Origin: Alphaproteobacteria bacterium
Lineage (GTDB): Bacteria; Pseudomonadota; Alphaproteobacteria; GCA-2731375
Assembly (NCBI GenBank): GCA_965232515.1
Contig: CBDDPY010000002.1
Coordinates: 1,856,001 to 1,920,000, forward strand
Length of the DNA stretch: 64,000 nt
Reading direction: 5' to 3'
The position numbers and the translations under genes are program-made. Positions 42,558 through 51,895 of the stretch are shown one piece after another. The stretch's first letter is position 1. Every line of letters starts with the position of its first letter. Under the pieces are notes generated by a model, which was not told the DNA's origin, ran no database searches, and worked only from the letters and a program-made list of their open reading frames with translations.

Positions 42558-43234
42558 GGCATCCGTTTGCCGCAACAGAGCGCCAGGTAATAGTGCGCCA
42601 TCGGCCAGTAGCCGGTATGCACGACCTCGTCGTTCATCGAGAAGATGAAGACGTGGTGAAAGAATTCCCGCATCAGCGCCTTCAGGTCGGGTGCGTGCTT
42701 GCAATTGACGTGGCCGGCCTTGCTCTGCGGCGAGGCATAGGCCTGGCTGTTGAGCGACGGCATGCCGACGATCAGTTCGCCCTCGTGTGTGAGCGATTGG
42801 ACGATATTGCCGACGAACCGCCGTTCGTCCTCGGCCGCGATATGCTCCAGCACGTCCAGGCTGTAGGCCGCATCGAAGGTCCCGGAATAGGGTCCCGTCA
42901 GCATGTCGTGCACATCGGCCGTCAGCGGCCAGTCCGGCGCCATGCGCGCCTTGATGTCGTCCACGAAAATCGGATCGATGTCCAGCACGGTCAGGTCGCC
43001 GACGTCCTGCTTGACGATGCGGCTGCCGAAAGCGTCGCCGCAACCGACTTCCAGCGCCCGCCCACGTCCGGCGAACATCTTGGCCACGAATTTGTAGCGC
43101 GCCAGCAGAAACGCGAGACGTTTCGGGTCGTCGTGCCAGACCTGATTGGTCATCAGGCCGAGCTGAGCGACGCCGCTACGTTCGGCCACCGCCAGACAAT
43201 CCTCGTACTGCGCTTCCTTCGTGCGTGCGCTCAT
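42554..43234 (-). CDS. Class I SAM-dependent methyltransferase
   Basis: ALEVGCGDAFG, LDID, FDAAYSLDVLEHI; start set at MSARTK. Confidence 0.88.
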   Translation of the reverse strand: MSARTKEAQYEDCLAVAERSGVAQLGLMTNQVWHDDPKRLAFLLARYKFVAKMFAGRGRALEVGCGDAFGSRIVKQDVGDLTVLDIDPIFVDDIKARMAPDWPLTADVHDMLTGPYSGTFDAAYSLDVLEHIAAEDERRFVGNIVQSLTHEGELIVGMPSLNSQAYASPQSKAGHVNCKHAPDLKALMREFFHHVFIFSMNDEVVHTGYWPMAHYYLALCCGKRMP

Positions 43235-43257
43235 ATGACCTCTCCGCGGACTTGGCC

Positions 43258-43920
43258 TTACTCGAAATAGATGCAGCCGTAGTCGCCGTCGTAACCGGCC
43301 TGGGCGAAGGCGAACTCCCACTCCGCCGGCATCAGGAAGGCGCGACAGGTGAGCTGCCAGTACAGCAGGTTCGCCTTCTCGCGCTCGTCGCGGTAGGACT
43401 CGATCGTGACATGTTTCGGCCCACGGCCGACCCGTTGAATTTCGCTGAGCGCCGCGTGCAGATCGAAGTTGCGCAAGTTGTGCAGCGTGTTGATCGAATA
43501 GACGAAGTCGAAGCTGTCGTCGGCCCAGGGCAAGCGATTGGCGTCACCCACGGCGAGGCAATGCCGGACCTCCGCCTTGGCATTGGCGATCGCATAGCCC
43601 GAAACATCGATACCGGCCACCGCGACCCCCGGCAGGACCTGCGTGAACTCATAGAGCAGAAAACCCTTGCCGCAACCGACATCCAGGATCCGCGAGTCAG
43701 GGGTCAGGCCGTAGTGCTCGACCATCGCCTCGGCCACCGGCCGCCAGCGGCCGTCGTAGCGGTAGCCACCGAAGCCGTATTTGCGGTCGCCGTCCCAGTA
43801 ATCGGCGTCGAATCTGACAGCGACCTCGGCACACGCGGCCTTGTCGTGCTCGATGACCCGTTGCACGTAGTCGCGTTTGGTGGCCGTGTGCACGGCCCCG
43901 ATGAAATCGATATAGCTCAT
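43258..43920 (-). CDS. Class I SAM-dependent methyltransferase
   Basis: YWDGDR.YG.GGY.YDGRW, ILDVGCGKGFLL, GIDVS.YA, LPW.D.SFD. Confidence 0.9.
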   Translation of the reverse strand: MSYIDFIGAVHTATKRDYVQRVIEHDKAACAEVAVRFDADYWDGDRKYGFGGYRYDGRWRPVAEAMVEHYGLTPDSRILDVGCGKGFLLYEFTQVLPGVAVAGIDVSGYAIANAKAEVRHCLAVGDANRLPWADDSFDFVYSINTLHNLRNFDLHAALSEIQRVGRGPKHVTIESYRDEREKANLLYWQLTCRAFLMPAEWEFAFAQAGYDGDYGCIYFE

Positions 43921-43923
43921 GGC

Positions 43924-44328
43924 TCAACCCGGCACGGACGAGGTGGCGGCAAAGCGGTCGACCATGAAGACGTCTTCCAACCGGGCGACGTCCTCAAGCG
44001 AGCGCACCGACAGATTCTCGAGCGCGCCGTGCAGTTCGGCGCCGGCCGCAAGCACCCGCTCGTAGACGCCGCGGCGGGGTTCCGGCCGCTGCGGCAGCAT
44101 GAACAGGCTGAAGCAGATCACGCCCTCGATCGACTCGATCTCGTCCAGCACCGTCTGCAGGTTCATGTAGCAGCCCGCCATGGCGTATTCGGTGGCGCTC
44201 AACAGGTAATGCAGGCCGTTGCGCTGGGCGTAGTCGCGGACCACCAGGTTCTGCACGTGCTGCGGCCATGTCTGGCCGCGCACGGGACGGCTGGCGATAT
44301 AGCCGCGATAGCCGACGCGGTTACTCAT
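43924..44328 (-). CDS. Sporadic carbohydrate cluster protein (TIGR04323/LIC12192-like)
   Basis: GYRGYI.SRP..G...PQHVQNLV.RDY, YLLSATEY.M, FSLFMLP; coupled to the 2OG oxygenase. Confidence 0.8.
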   Translation of the reverse strand: MSNRVGYRGYIASRPVRGQTWPQHVQNLVVRDYAQRNGLHYLLSATEYAMAGCYMNLQTVLDEIESIEGVICFSLFMLPQRPEPRRGVYERVLAAGAELHGALENLSVRSLEDVARLEDVFMVDRFAATSSVPG

Positions 44329-45148
44329 CGAAGGACTCCGGCATTCGGTAGGACATGCCGATCCGCGTCGCCGCGCGAACCGTGATCGGCTCGAAGAACT
44401 CGCCCAGGCGCTTCTGTGCGTAAGGCGAGAACAGGCTCTTGAAGCGGCAGTTCATCGACCAGCGCGTTTCGTACTCGCGATTGATCCGGTTGCCGTGCAT
44501 CAGATTCTGGCTGAACAGCAGGACCGAGCCGTAGGGCACGTCGAGCCACTCGAGATCGGGCTCGATGGCGGCAAACAGGTCGTCCGTGCTCTTGCCGTCG
44601 AAGTCGCGCCAGCGCGCCTCGTGCGCGTGTTGCTTGTCGGGCGGCAGGATGAACATGCTCTTGGTGCCATGGCAGTCGACCAGCGGCAGCCAGACCACGA
44701 CCTCGAACGGCGAGTCGCCGTCCCAGACATCGGCATGCACGGCCAGCAGCGAGCTGTCGTCGCCCGGCATCTGGATCGACAGGTTCAGCCGCCGCTGCAT
44801 GGCCAGCTCGTTGCCGACCAGACGCTCCAGGCCCGACCGCGCCAGGCTGTAATAGGCTTCCCGCGCCCAGGGCAGATCGTTGACGCCGTTGATCACCCGC
44901 AGGCGCAGGGCGTTCAGGGCGGCGGCGTCGACCTGGCCGTGGATGCCGTTCATGAAGCTGCCGGCCGACTTTGGAACCGGCTGATCCAGATGCTCGGCCG
45001 CGATCGCCGCCATGGCGTCACGCAACCGGCCGAGCGCGACCTGATCGTCGACCGGCCGGATCACATAGCCCTGTTCGATGAACGCGCGGCCGAGGTTGGC
45101 CGTATCGTCGTCGAGGAAGCCCTGGGTCTGTTCCTGTACCGCGATCAC
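44321..45148 (-). CDS. Sporadic carbohydrate cluster 2OG-Fe(II) oxygenase (TIGR04324-like)
   Basis: GNELAMQRR.NLSIQ.P.D.SSLL.VHADVW.GDSPFEVV.WLP, distal His in LMHGN, TRWSMN.RFK. Confidence 0.82.
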   Translation of the reverse strand: MIAVQEQTQGFLDDDTANLGRAFIEQGYVIRPVDDQVALGRLRDAMAAIAAEHLDQPVPKSAGSFMNGIHGQVDAAALNALRLRVINGVNDLPWAREAYYSLARSGLERLVGNELAMQRRLNLSIQMPGDDSSLLAVHADVWDGDSPFEVVVWLPLVDCHGTKSMFILPPDKQHAHEARWRDFDGKSTDDLFAAIEPDLEWLDVPYGSVLLFSQNLMHGNRINREYETRWSMNCRFKSLFSPYAQKRLGEFFEPITVRAATRIGMSYRMPESFDE

Positions 45149-46089
45149 GCCGCCCTCTTCGCCCTATCGGCCACGAATACACCCACCCGCTCGGCGATCT
45201 GCGCCGGCTGCAGGCCGTAGTACTCCAGCAGGTCGTCCTGGCTGCCGTACTTGTCGGGAAAACGGTCGGGGATACCGAGGCGGAGCATGGCCGGCGTCCG
45301 GCCCGGCATGCGCTCCAGCAGCAAGTCCGCGATGGCGCTGCCGAGGCCCCCGACGACGGTGTGTTCCTCAATCGTCACCACGGCGTCCGCCGGCTCGGCG
45401 GCGGCCAGCACCGCGGCCTCGTCCAGCGGCTTCACCGTATGCAGATGGATCAGACCGCAATCGATGCCTTGTCCGGCCAGCAGCTCGGCCGCGTGCAGCG
45501 CGCGGGTGGTCGTTACGCCGGTGCCGATCAGCAGCACCCGGCCGCCGGGCCGCATGGTGATCGCCTTGCCGATCGCGGTCTCGGCGTCATCGCTCGACAC
45601 GATCTCGTCGCCCCCCTTGGCAAGGCGGATGTAGCACGGCCCTTGCAAATCCGCCGTCTGCGGCACCAGGCGCCGCATCTCGTCGGCGTCGCACGGCGCC
45701 AGCACGGTCATGCGCGGCAACGCCCGCATGATAGCGATATCCTCGATCGCGAGATGCGTCGGCCCCAGCGGCGCGTAGACCGTGCCGCCGCCATTGGCGA
45801 TCAACCGCACCGGCAGGTCGTGCATGCACAGGTCGACCGCGACCTGCTCGTAGCAGCGGCGGGTAATGAAGGTGGCGATCGTGTTGACGTAGGGAATGTA
45901 GCCATCCATCGCCAGGCCGGCCGCCATGCCGATGATGTTCTGCTCCGACACGCCCTCCATAAAGAAGCGTTCGGGCATCTCCTCGCGGAACTGGTCCAGC
46001 GTGCCGACGCCCAGGTCGGAGCCGATGAAGACCACGCGCGGATTGTGCTTGGCCAGTTCGTACACCATGTCCAGACAGGTCTTGCGCAT
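45145..46089 (-). CDS. Transketolase-like C-terminal subunit
   Basis: DLG, PERFF.EGVSEQN.IG.AAGLA, GPTH, TVKPLD, TIEEH...GGLGS. Confidence 0.93.
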   Translation of the reverse strand: MRKTCLDMVYELAKHNPRVVFIGSDLGVGTLDQFREEMPERFFMEGVSEQNIIGMAAGLAMDGYIPYVNTIATFITRRCYEQVAVDLCMHDLPVRLIANGGGTVYAPLGPTHLAIEDIAIMRALPRMTVLAPCDADEMRRLVPQTADLQGPCYIRLAKGGDEIVSSDDAETAIGKAITMRPGGRVLLIGTGVTTTRALHAAELLAGQGIDCGLIHLHTVKPLDEAAVLAAAEPADAVVTIEEHTVVGGLGSAIADLLLERMPGRTPAMLRLGIPDRFPDKYGSQDDLLEYYGLQPAQIAERVGVFVADRAKRAA

Positions 46090-46092
46090 GGA

Positions 46093-46953
46093 TCAGGCCT
46101 CGATCGCGTCGAGCATCTGCTCGATATCGCCGTCGCTGATTTTCGATTTGTGGTGATAGGCCATGTTGTTCTCGGCGTAGCCCACGCCCCTGCCCTTGAT
46201 CGTGTGGCAGATCACGGCGTTCGGTTTGTCCGGCACGAAGGGCAGATCGACGAAGGCGCGTCGCAGACCGTCGACGCTGTGACCGTCGACGTCGCGGACG
46301 GTAAAGCCGAAACTTGTCCACTTGTCGCGCAGCGGTTCCAGGTCCTGCACCGTGGCGGTGCTGGCGTAGGACTGATGCTTGTTGTAGTCGACGATCACCG
46401 TGTAGTTGCCGAGGCCGTGCTTGCCGGCCGCCATGGCCGCTTCCCAGACCGAGCCCTCGTTGATCTCGCCGTCGCCGGTGATCACGAACACCCGGCTGTT
46501 GCGGCCGGCGAGCCGCGCCGCCAGCGCGAGGCCGACCCCGATCGACGGCCCATGGCCGAGCGCGCCGGTCGAGGCCTCGACGCCCGGGATCTTGCCGGCC
46601 TCGGGATGCCCGCCCAGGATGCCGTCGAAACGGCAGAAGCGATCCAGCTCGTCAGCCGGGAAGAAGCCCTTGTCGGCAAGCACGGCGTAGAGCGCGAGGC
46701 AGCCATGCCCCTTCGACAGGATGCAGCGATCCCGGTCCGGCCAGTCGGGCCGTGCCGGATCGATATGCAGGATGTCGTCATAAAGCACCCGCAGGATCTC
46801 GATCGCCGAGAGCGCCGAGCCCAGATGGCCGCGGCCGCCGCCGGCAAGGCCGCGCACAACCAATCGTCGCAGGTCGCGACTTCGGCGGTCGAGAACGGCC
46901 GGCTCGTAGACCCGATGCGCGCTCTGCGTCAGCTTCGCGAGATTAAGCGTCAT
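46093..46953 (-). CDS. Transketolase-like N-terminal (ThDP-binding) subunit
   Basis: GHLGSALS, RD..ILSKGH, GHP, STG.LGHG, GDGE..EG..WEA, HTIKG.G. Confidence 0.93.
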   Translation of the reverse strand: MTLNLAKLTQSAHRVYEPAVLDRRSRDLRRLVVRGLAGGGRGHLGSALSAIEILRVLYDDILHIDPARPDWPDRDRCILSKGHGCLALYAVLADKGFFPADELDRFCRFDGILGGHPEAGKIPGVEASTGALGHGPSIGVGLALAARLAGRNSRVFVITGDGEINEGSVWEAAMAAGKHGLGNYTVIVDYNKHQSYASTATVQDLEPLRDKWTSFGFTVRDVDGHSVDGLRRAFVDLPFVPDKPNAVICHTIKGRGVGYAENNMAYHHKSKISDGDIEQMLDAIEA

Positions 46954-47962
46954 TCGGTAGACCCCCGTTCTTCCGCCGTGCCAGCGACAGCATCGCTTCT
47001 GCCTTGGCTAACTGCCGGTCGAGCGCCGCCGCGTGGCCGGCCTTACCGGCGAACGCGCGCCGGGCCCAACGCTCCGGCAGAAACTCGTTCAATAGGATCA
47101 GGCACCAGCGCAGGGCGAACAGTGGATAGACCTGGCGCAGCCGTTGCTCGAAGGCCGGATCGCCGGCGAAGATCTCGGCTGCGCCGCGGTGGAAGCGGCG
47201 TTTCAGCTCATCGCTCAATGCCATGCCAGGATGCAGCAGGAAGTCGGACACCAGCTTCGCCGGATCGTCCCAGCCGAAATACTCGAAGTCGAGAAACACC
47301 AACCGGCCGTCCGCGGTGCGCAGCGCGTTGTGCAGCCCGAAATCCGACGGCGACAGCGTTCGCTGCGTCTGAGCCAGCTCGGCCTCGATATCGACATCGT
47401 CCGGCGTTGCCTCGGCCAAGGCGGCATCGAAGCCGTCGGCCAGGAAGCTTTGCACGCGCGTATCCTCCACGGCCGCCAGACGCCGCCGCCGTCGGGCGAT
47501 CTGCCGCAGGCAGTCGCCGATGGAGAGGCACGCCTCGGAGGCAAGCGGCAGGCGATCGGCGCCCGGCACCGTCGCCAGCGCTTTCAGCCGCGCCATGAAG
47601 TCGAGCGCGGCGTCGACGTCGGCGACGCCGGGCGTCGACACCGGTTGACCGTCGACCCATTCGTAAAGCGCGACGCTGCGATCGCGGTCGACCGCCACGC
47701 GCCGCGGCACGTCGCGAACGCCTTGCAGCCACAGGAAACGCAGGCCACCGAACTCCGCGCCCAGACGGTCACGCTCGTCGATCCGGTCGTTCAGGTATTC
47801 CTTCAGGGCGTAGCGGCGGCCGCCCAGGTCCTCGACCTGGTAGATACGGTTGTTGCCGCCGCCGCCGACACGCTCGACGGCGTAGACGGCGTCGTCGAGC
47901 AGGCGAGCCGCAATGTCGCGCAGATCATCGGTGTCTGCGTCAGTGGACGGAGCCAAGGACAT
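46943..47962 (-). CDS. APH/choline-kinase-fold phosphotransferase
   Basis: GGGNNRIY, ALKEY, SPSDFGLHN, FLDFEYFGWDDP. Confidence 0.85.
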   Translation of the reverse strand: MSLAPSTDADTDDLRDIAARLLDDAVYAVERVGGGGNNRIYQVEDLGGRRYALKEYLNDRIDERDRLGAEFGGLRFLWLQGVRDVPRRVAVDRDRSVALYEWVDGQPVSTPGVADVDAALDFMARLKALATVPGADRLPLASEACLSIGDCLRQIARRRRRLAAVEDTRVQSFLADGFDAALAEATPDDVDIEAELAQTQRTLSPSDFGLHNALRTADGRLVFLDFEYFGWDDPAKLVSDFLLHPGMALSDELKRRFHRGAAEIFAGDPAFEQRLRQVYPLFALRWCLILLNEFLPERWARRAFAGKAGHAAALDRQLAKAEAMLSLARRKNGGLPNDA

Positions 47963-48557
47963 GATCGGTTATCTCGTTCCAATTGCTGAAGCGCGTCAGG
48001 CCGCATTCGGCCGACTGCGCGTGTGGGTCGAACAGAAGCCGCGCGACCTCGGCAGGAAAGCCGGGGTCGGCGAAGACTTCCCTAAGGTCGTCGATGAAGT
48101 GCGTGCAGCCGAGGCCGCCGATCCGGGCGATCTTCTCGGCCCGGCAGTCCTCGAAAAAGACCTGGGTCTCGTTCAGGCCCAGACCGTCGATGTCGAAGAA
48201 ACGGTGCGCGTCCATCCAGGCAAGCGCGGCTTCCCGCAGATCGACATTTCCGTCGTCCAGGCTGGCGAAACGGGTCTTGTGGCTGACGATGTAAACATCG
48301 ATGCCGTCGGCGCGGCAGCGGCGGAAGAACGCGTCGGCGCCGTCGAACATCTCGGCCTCGGCCATGTGCGGGCCATAGGCCAACGCCTGTAGGCGCTGCC
48401 AGTCCAGATCGCCGTCGGGGCGTTGGCGCAACCGATCGCGCACCGCCCGCTTGCCGCCGGCCGGAACGGCGTCCAGATAGCCGCATGCCACCGCCAACCG
48501 GCCGAAAACCCGGTCATAGCCCGCGATTGTGTTGTCGAAATCCACGCCCAGGCGCAT
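47940..48557 (-). CDS. HAD-superfamily hydrolase
   Basis: GVDFDNTI (DxD), VSHKT, K..RI, FIDDL. Confidence 0.85.
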   Translation of the reverse strand: MRLGVDFDNTIAGYDRVFGRLAVACGYLDAVPAGGKRAVRDRLRQRPDGDLDWQRLQALAYGPHMAEAEMFDGADAFFRRCRADGIDVYIVSHKTRFASLDDGNVDLREAALAWMDAHRFFDIDGLGLNETQVFFEDCRAEKIARIGGLGCTHFIDDLREVFADPGFPAEVARLLFDPHAQSAECGLTRFSNWNEITDHVLGSVH

Positions 48558-48614
48558 GGCGGCGATGCTCTGCTTCCAACGTCGTTTACCCGATAGAAAC
48601 TACGCCCAACGCCA

Positions 48615-48635
48615 TTAACAAATTGTTATCATTAA
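48615..48635. promoter_or_regulatory. AT-rich internal promoter region with imperfect CtrA-like sites
   Basis: TTAA-caaattg-TTAT plus a second TTAA, upstream of the HAD gene. Confidence 0.45.
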
Positions 48636-48693
48636 GAAATTCTTGCCGCGTCGGGACTGATTCCCGGCCGCCGAAACGCCTCCCGCTCGCGCC

Positions 48694-49698
48694 CTAGTGC
48701 AGGTCGAGCGACTGCATGCGTTTGACGTTGTAGTAGACCTCGCCCGTCATCGGGTCGGGCACGCGGCCGGCCGCGAAGGCATCACGCAGGCTCTGCACCG
48801 CGTCCGCGATGCTATGCCGCGGCACGAATCCGAGCTCATCGGCAATCTTCTGCGAGTTCACGCGGTACGAACGGTGATCGTCGGTCGGCGTTGTCACGAT
48901 CTCGACCGCCTGGCCAACGTTGTCGCGCACCATCTCGGCCAGCTCCATCACGGCGTGGTTCTCGTAGCCGGCGTTGAAGACCTTGCCGTCGATCGCGGCG
49001 TCCGGATACTGCAGGCACTGGACATAGAGGTCGGTCATGTCCTCGACATTGATGTTCGGCCGCTGCTGCCCGCCGCCGAACACTGTGATCCGGCCGTTGT
49101 TGATGGCGTGGTTGGTCAGGATGTTGACCGTCAGGTCCAGCCGCAGCCGCGGCGCGTAGCCGCAGACCGTCGCCGGCCGCAGCGTCAGGGCGGTGAAGCC
49201 GGGCTCGCGTTCGGCCTCCAGCACCTCCTCGCACATCGCCTTGAACTTGGAATAGTCGGTCAACGGCTCCAGCGACAATTCCTCGGTGACGTCGGCCTCG
49301 TCCTTGATGCCGTAAACGCTGGACGACGACGCGTAGATGAAGCGTTTGACGCCCGCGTCCTTCGCCGCCTTCACCATGGGCCGGAAGGCCTCGAAGTTGA
49401 TTGACCGACCGAGGTCCGGATCGAGCTCGAAGCTCGGATCGTTGGAAATGCACGCGAGATGGATCACCGCGTCGCAGCCCGTGAGCGCGTTCCGTACGGC
49501 GGCGATGTCGCGGATGTCGCCCCGGACCTTGCGCAGTTTCGGATGCGCGTCGCAACCGTTGAACACGTCGGTGCCATAGATGAAGAGATCGAGCACCGTG
49601 ACCTCATGGCCGGCATCGAGCAGTTTCGGCACCAGGCAGCTGCCGACATAGCCGGCGCCGCCGGTCACCATCACGCGCCAGTGCTTGTGTTCGGACAT
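48694..49698 (-). CDS. NAD-dependent NDP-sugar epimerase/dehydratase
   Basis: VTGGAGYVGS, HLACISNDP, ASSSSVYG, YSKFK; start at MSEHK overlapping the upstream stop. Confidence 0.92.
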   Translation of the reverse strand: MSEHKHWRVMVTGGAGYVGSCLVPKLLDAGHEVTVLDLFIYGTDVFNGCDAHPKLRKVRGDIRDIAAVRNALTGCDAVIHLACISNDPSFELDPDLGRSINFEAFRPMVKAAKDAGVKRFIYASSSSVYGIKDEADVTEELSLEPLTDYSKFKAMCEEVLEAEREPGFTALTLRPATVCGYAPRLRLDLTVNILTNHAINNGRITVFGGGQQRPNINVEDMTDLYVQCLQYPDAAIDGKVFNAGYENHAVMELAEMVRDNVGQAVEIVTTPTDDHRSYRVNSQKIADELGFVPRHSIADAVQSLRDAFAAGRVPDPMTGEVYYNVKRMQSLDLH

Positions 49699-50306
49699 CA
49701 CGCCGCGCCTTTCCTGCTCCACAATCCCGCGTCCGCCGTCCAGCCCATGGCGATATCAAGGATCGCGTGGCAGACGATCTGGTGCATCAGCTCGACAAAG
49801 CCGTATTCCTCGGACGGTACATAGAAGTTCAAATCGCCCAGCCGGCGCAGCTTGTTGTCCGGGCCGAAGCCGCTCAGGCCGATGACGGTGCAACCGGCCT
49901 CGCGCGCCGCGCTGACGCCGTTGACGATGTCGGCCGAGTTGCCCGAACTGGAGATCGCGAACAGCACATCGCCCGGACGGCCGTGCAGCTCGATCTGCTG
50001 GGCGAAAATCTGATCGAAGCCAAAGTCGTTGCCCAGGCAGGTCAACGCCGCGCCATCGTTGAAGACCAACGCCGGGATGCCGCCGTTCTTGGCAAAGTCA
50101 TTCGCCATATGGCTGGCGATCGCGGCGCTGCCGCCATTGCCGATGAACATCAGCTTGTGCCCCCGACCGGCCGCCTCCTGCGTCAGCTCGATGGCGGCGT
50201 CGATAAAGCCCGCCATCGGCAGCCGGTCGCCCTCGCGGTCGGTGCTGACGGAACGGTCCGGCAGCTCGGCCAGGATGCGGAAATAGCTCTCCACGTCACT
50301 CTGCAT
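49698..50306 (-). CDS. SIS-domain phosphoheptose isomerase (GmhA-like)
   Basis: FIGNGGSA.IASH, ND.G....F..Q, ISSSGNS, YG.VE..H. Confidence 0.88.
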   Translation of the reverse strand: MQSDVESYFRILAELPDRSVSTDREGDRLPMAGFIDAAIELTQEAAGRGHKLMFIGNGGSAAIASHMANDFAKNGGIPALVFNDGAALTCLGNDFGFDQIFAQQIELHGRPGDVLFAISSSGNSADIVNGVSAAREAGCTVIGLSGFGPDNKLRRLGDLNFYVPSEEYGFVELMHQIVCHAILDIAMGWTADAGLWSRKGAA

Positions 50307-50314
50307 CTACGGCA

Positions 50315-51895
50315 TCACTTCAGCAGCGCGGTCAGGAACTTCATCAGCGGCACCTTCGCCACCGACTCGCGATGGCCGACGATGCCGACCTTCATGGCGC
50401 CGACGGCGTTGCCGATCAGTCCCGCGACCGGCATGTCGGTGCCGTTGGCGACCAGCGGCGCGGTGACGCTCAGGAAGGCATCGCCGGCGCCGACGGTGTC
50501 GACCACCTGCCGCGTGAACGCCGGCACCTTGTGCAAACCGGTCTCCAGGTCGAAGGTCAGGCAGCCGTTCTGGCCATGGGTGACGACGATGCGGTCGCAG
50601 TCGATCTGCTCGCGTAGCGGCCCTTGGACCAGACGGCCGAGATCGGTGAAACGGTCGCGCACCGCCAGCCGCGCCTCGGGCGCGTCGATACAGACATAGT
50701 CGGCGCGGCGATAGCGCGTCACCGGGTTATAGCCCAGGTTGGCGCTGTTGCTCTGCGCGTTGACGGCCAGGAACGGCGCCGCGTCGACGACCACGTCGAC
50801 CGCCCGCGGCGTCATCATGCCGTGGCCGAAATCGTTCACGATGGTCAGATCGAATTCGTGCGCCAGGTCGCCGATCTGCTGGCATAGCGTGTCTTCCTGG
50901 GCGCCCGACAGCGGCGTGTCGTCGAAGTGGTAGACCTCGAACAGCTTGCGCATATGGCCGGGATCGACGAACCGGCATTTCCGGATCGTCGGCACACCCG
51001 GCAGGCGCAGGAAATGCAACTGCACGTTGTCGCGCACCGAATCCCGGATGAGGTCCTCGTGGCTGTCGTCATCGCCGATGCAGGTGACGACGTCGACCTG
51101 CTCGACGAAGTCGGCGATATGGTTGGCCGAGGCGATCACGCCGCCGGCGAACATCTCCCGCCCCTCGTACCGGGTGGCGATGATGTTCTCCTTGGCCGAT
51201 TTGCCCATCGGCGCGGTGTACTGGTATTCGTCGACGATGGCCTCGCCGACCATCAGCACCCGCTTGTCGGCCAGCGCCTCGATCGCCGCCAGCGCCTTCG
51301 CCTGACCGCCGCTGTCGCGCATGCGGGCGAGGTACTCGGCGACTTCCGAGTCGTAGACGTTCAGATGCCGGTTGATCAGCGCCGAGGACGAAAAGGTGAT
51401 GTCGTCGGTAAAGACGATGCGGCCGCCCAACCCCTCGACCAGCTCACGCTCGCGGCGGATGTTGCCGGTGACGTCCTCGGTCTCGTCGGCGTAGTCCTGG
51501 CCCTTGATATAGACATCCGGCGCGACCATGCGCAGGACACCCTCGGCCGTGGGCCAGTTGCTGACGCCGACCCAGTCGACATATTCCAGCGCCGCCAACA
51601 TCTCCGCCCGCATGTCCTGGGCGAATACCGGCCGGCCCGGCCCCTTGTTCACGTAACGGTCCGCCGTCAGCGTGACGAACAGCAGATCGCCCTCCGCACG
51701 CGCGGCTTCCAAATGGCGGACATGGCCCATATGCAACAAATCGAAAACACCGTGGGCCAGGACAACGGTCTGGCCGCGCTGCCGGGAGTGCTTGGCAATC
51801 GCGGCCATCTCCTCGATCGTTCTGACTTTGTCCCGCGCGCGCACGGGCAACGGATCGAGCGATGCGAGGTTGGCCTGAACTCCTGATTGCACCAT
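50315..51895 (-). CDS. Bifunctional nucleotidyltransferase + PfkB kinase (HldE-like, reversed domain order)
   Basis: N-terminal HGVFDLLHMGH and KGPGRP; C-terminal DTVGAGDAF; start at MVQSG after a GGGAG RBS. Confidence 0.9.
   Translation of the reverse strand: MVQSGVQANLASLDPLPVRARDKVRTIEEMAAIAKHSRQRGQTVVLAHGVFDLLHMGHVRHLEAARAEGDLLFVTLTADRYVNKGPGRPVFAQDMRAEMLAALEYVDWVGVSNWPTAEGVLRMVAPDVYIKGQDYADETEDVTGNIRRERELVEGLGGRIVFTDDITFSSSALINRHLNVYDSEVAEYLARMRDSGGQAKALAAIEALADKRVLMVGEAIVDEYQYTAPMGKSAKENIIATRYEGREMFAGGVIASANHIADFVEQVDVVTCIGDDDSHEDLIRDSVRDNVQLHFLRLPGVPTIRKCRFVDPGHMRKLFEVYHFDDTPLSGAQEDTLCQQIGDLAHEFDLTIVNDFGHGMMTPRAVDVVVDAAPFLAVNAQSNSANLGYNPVTRYRRADYVCIDAPEARLAVRDRFTDLGRLVQGPLREQIDCDRIVVTHGQNGCLTFDLETGLHKVPAFTRQVVDTVGAGDAFLSVTAPLVANGTDMPVAGLIGNAVGAMKVGIVGHRESVAKVPLMKFLTALLK

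Noticed and set aside
42558-43043. Apparent 446-aa RmlD fusion
   Set aside because: The extension is an alternative frame of the methyltransferase gene; a GTG start at 42557 overlapping the upstream stop explains it
45145-46953. Split transketolase as a frameshifted pseudogene
   Set aside because: Both halves have proper starts, stops and intact motifs; two-subunit forms are common in glycan clusters
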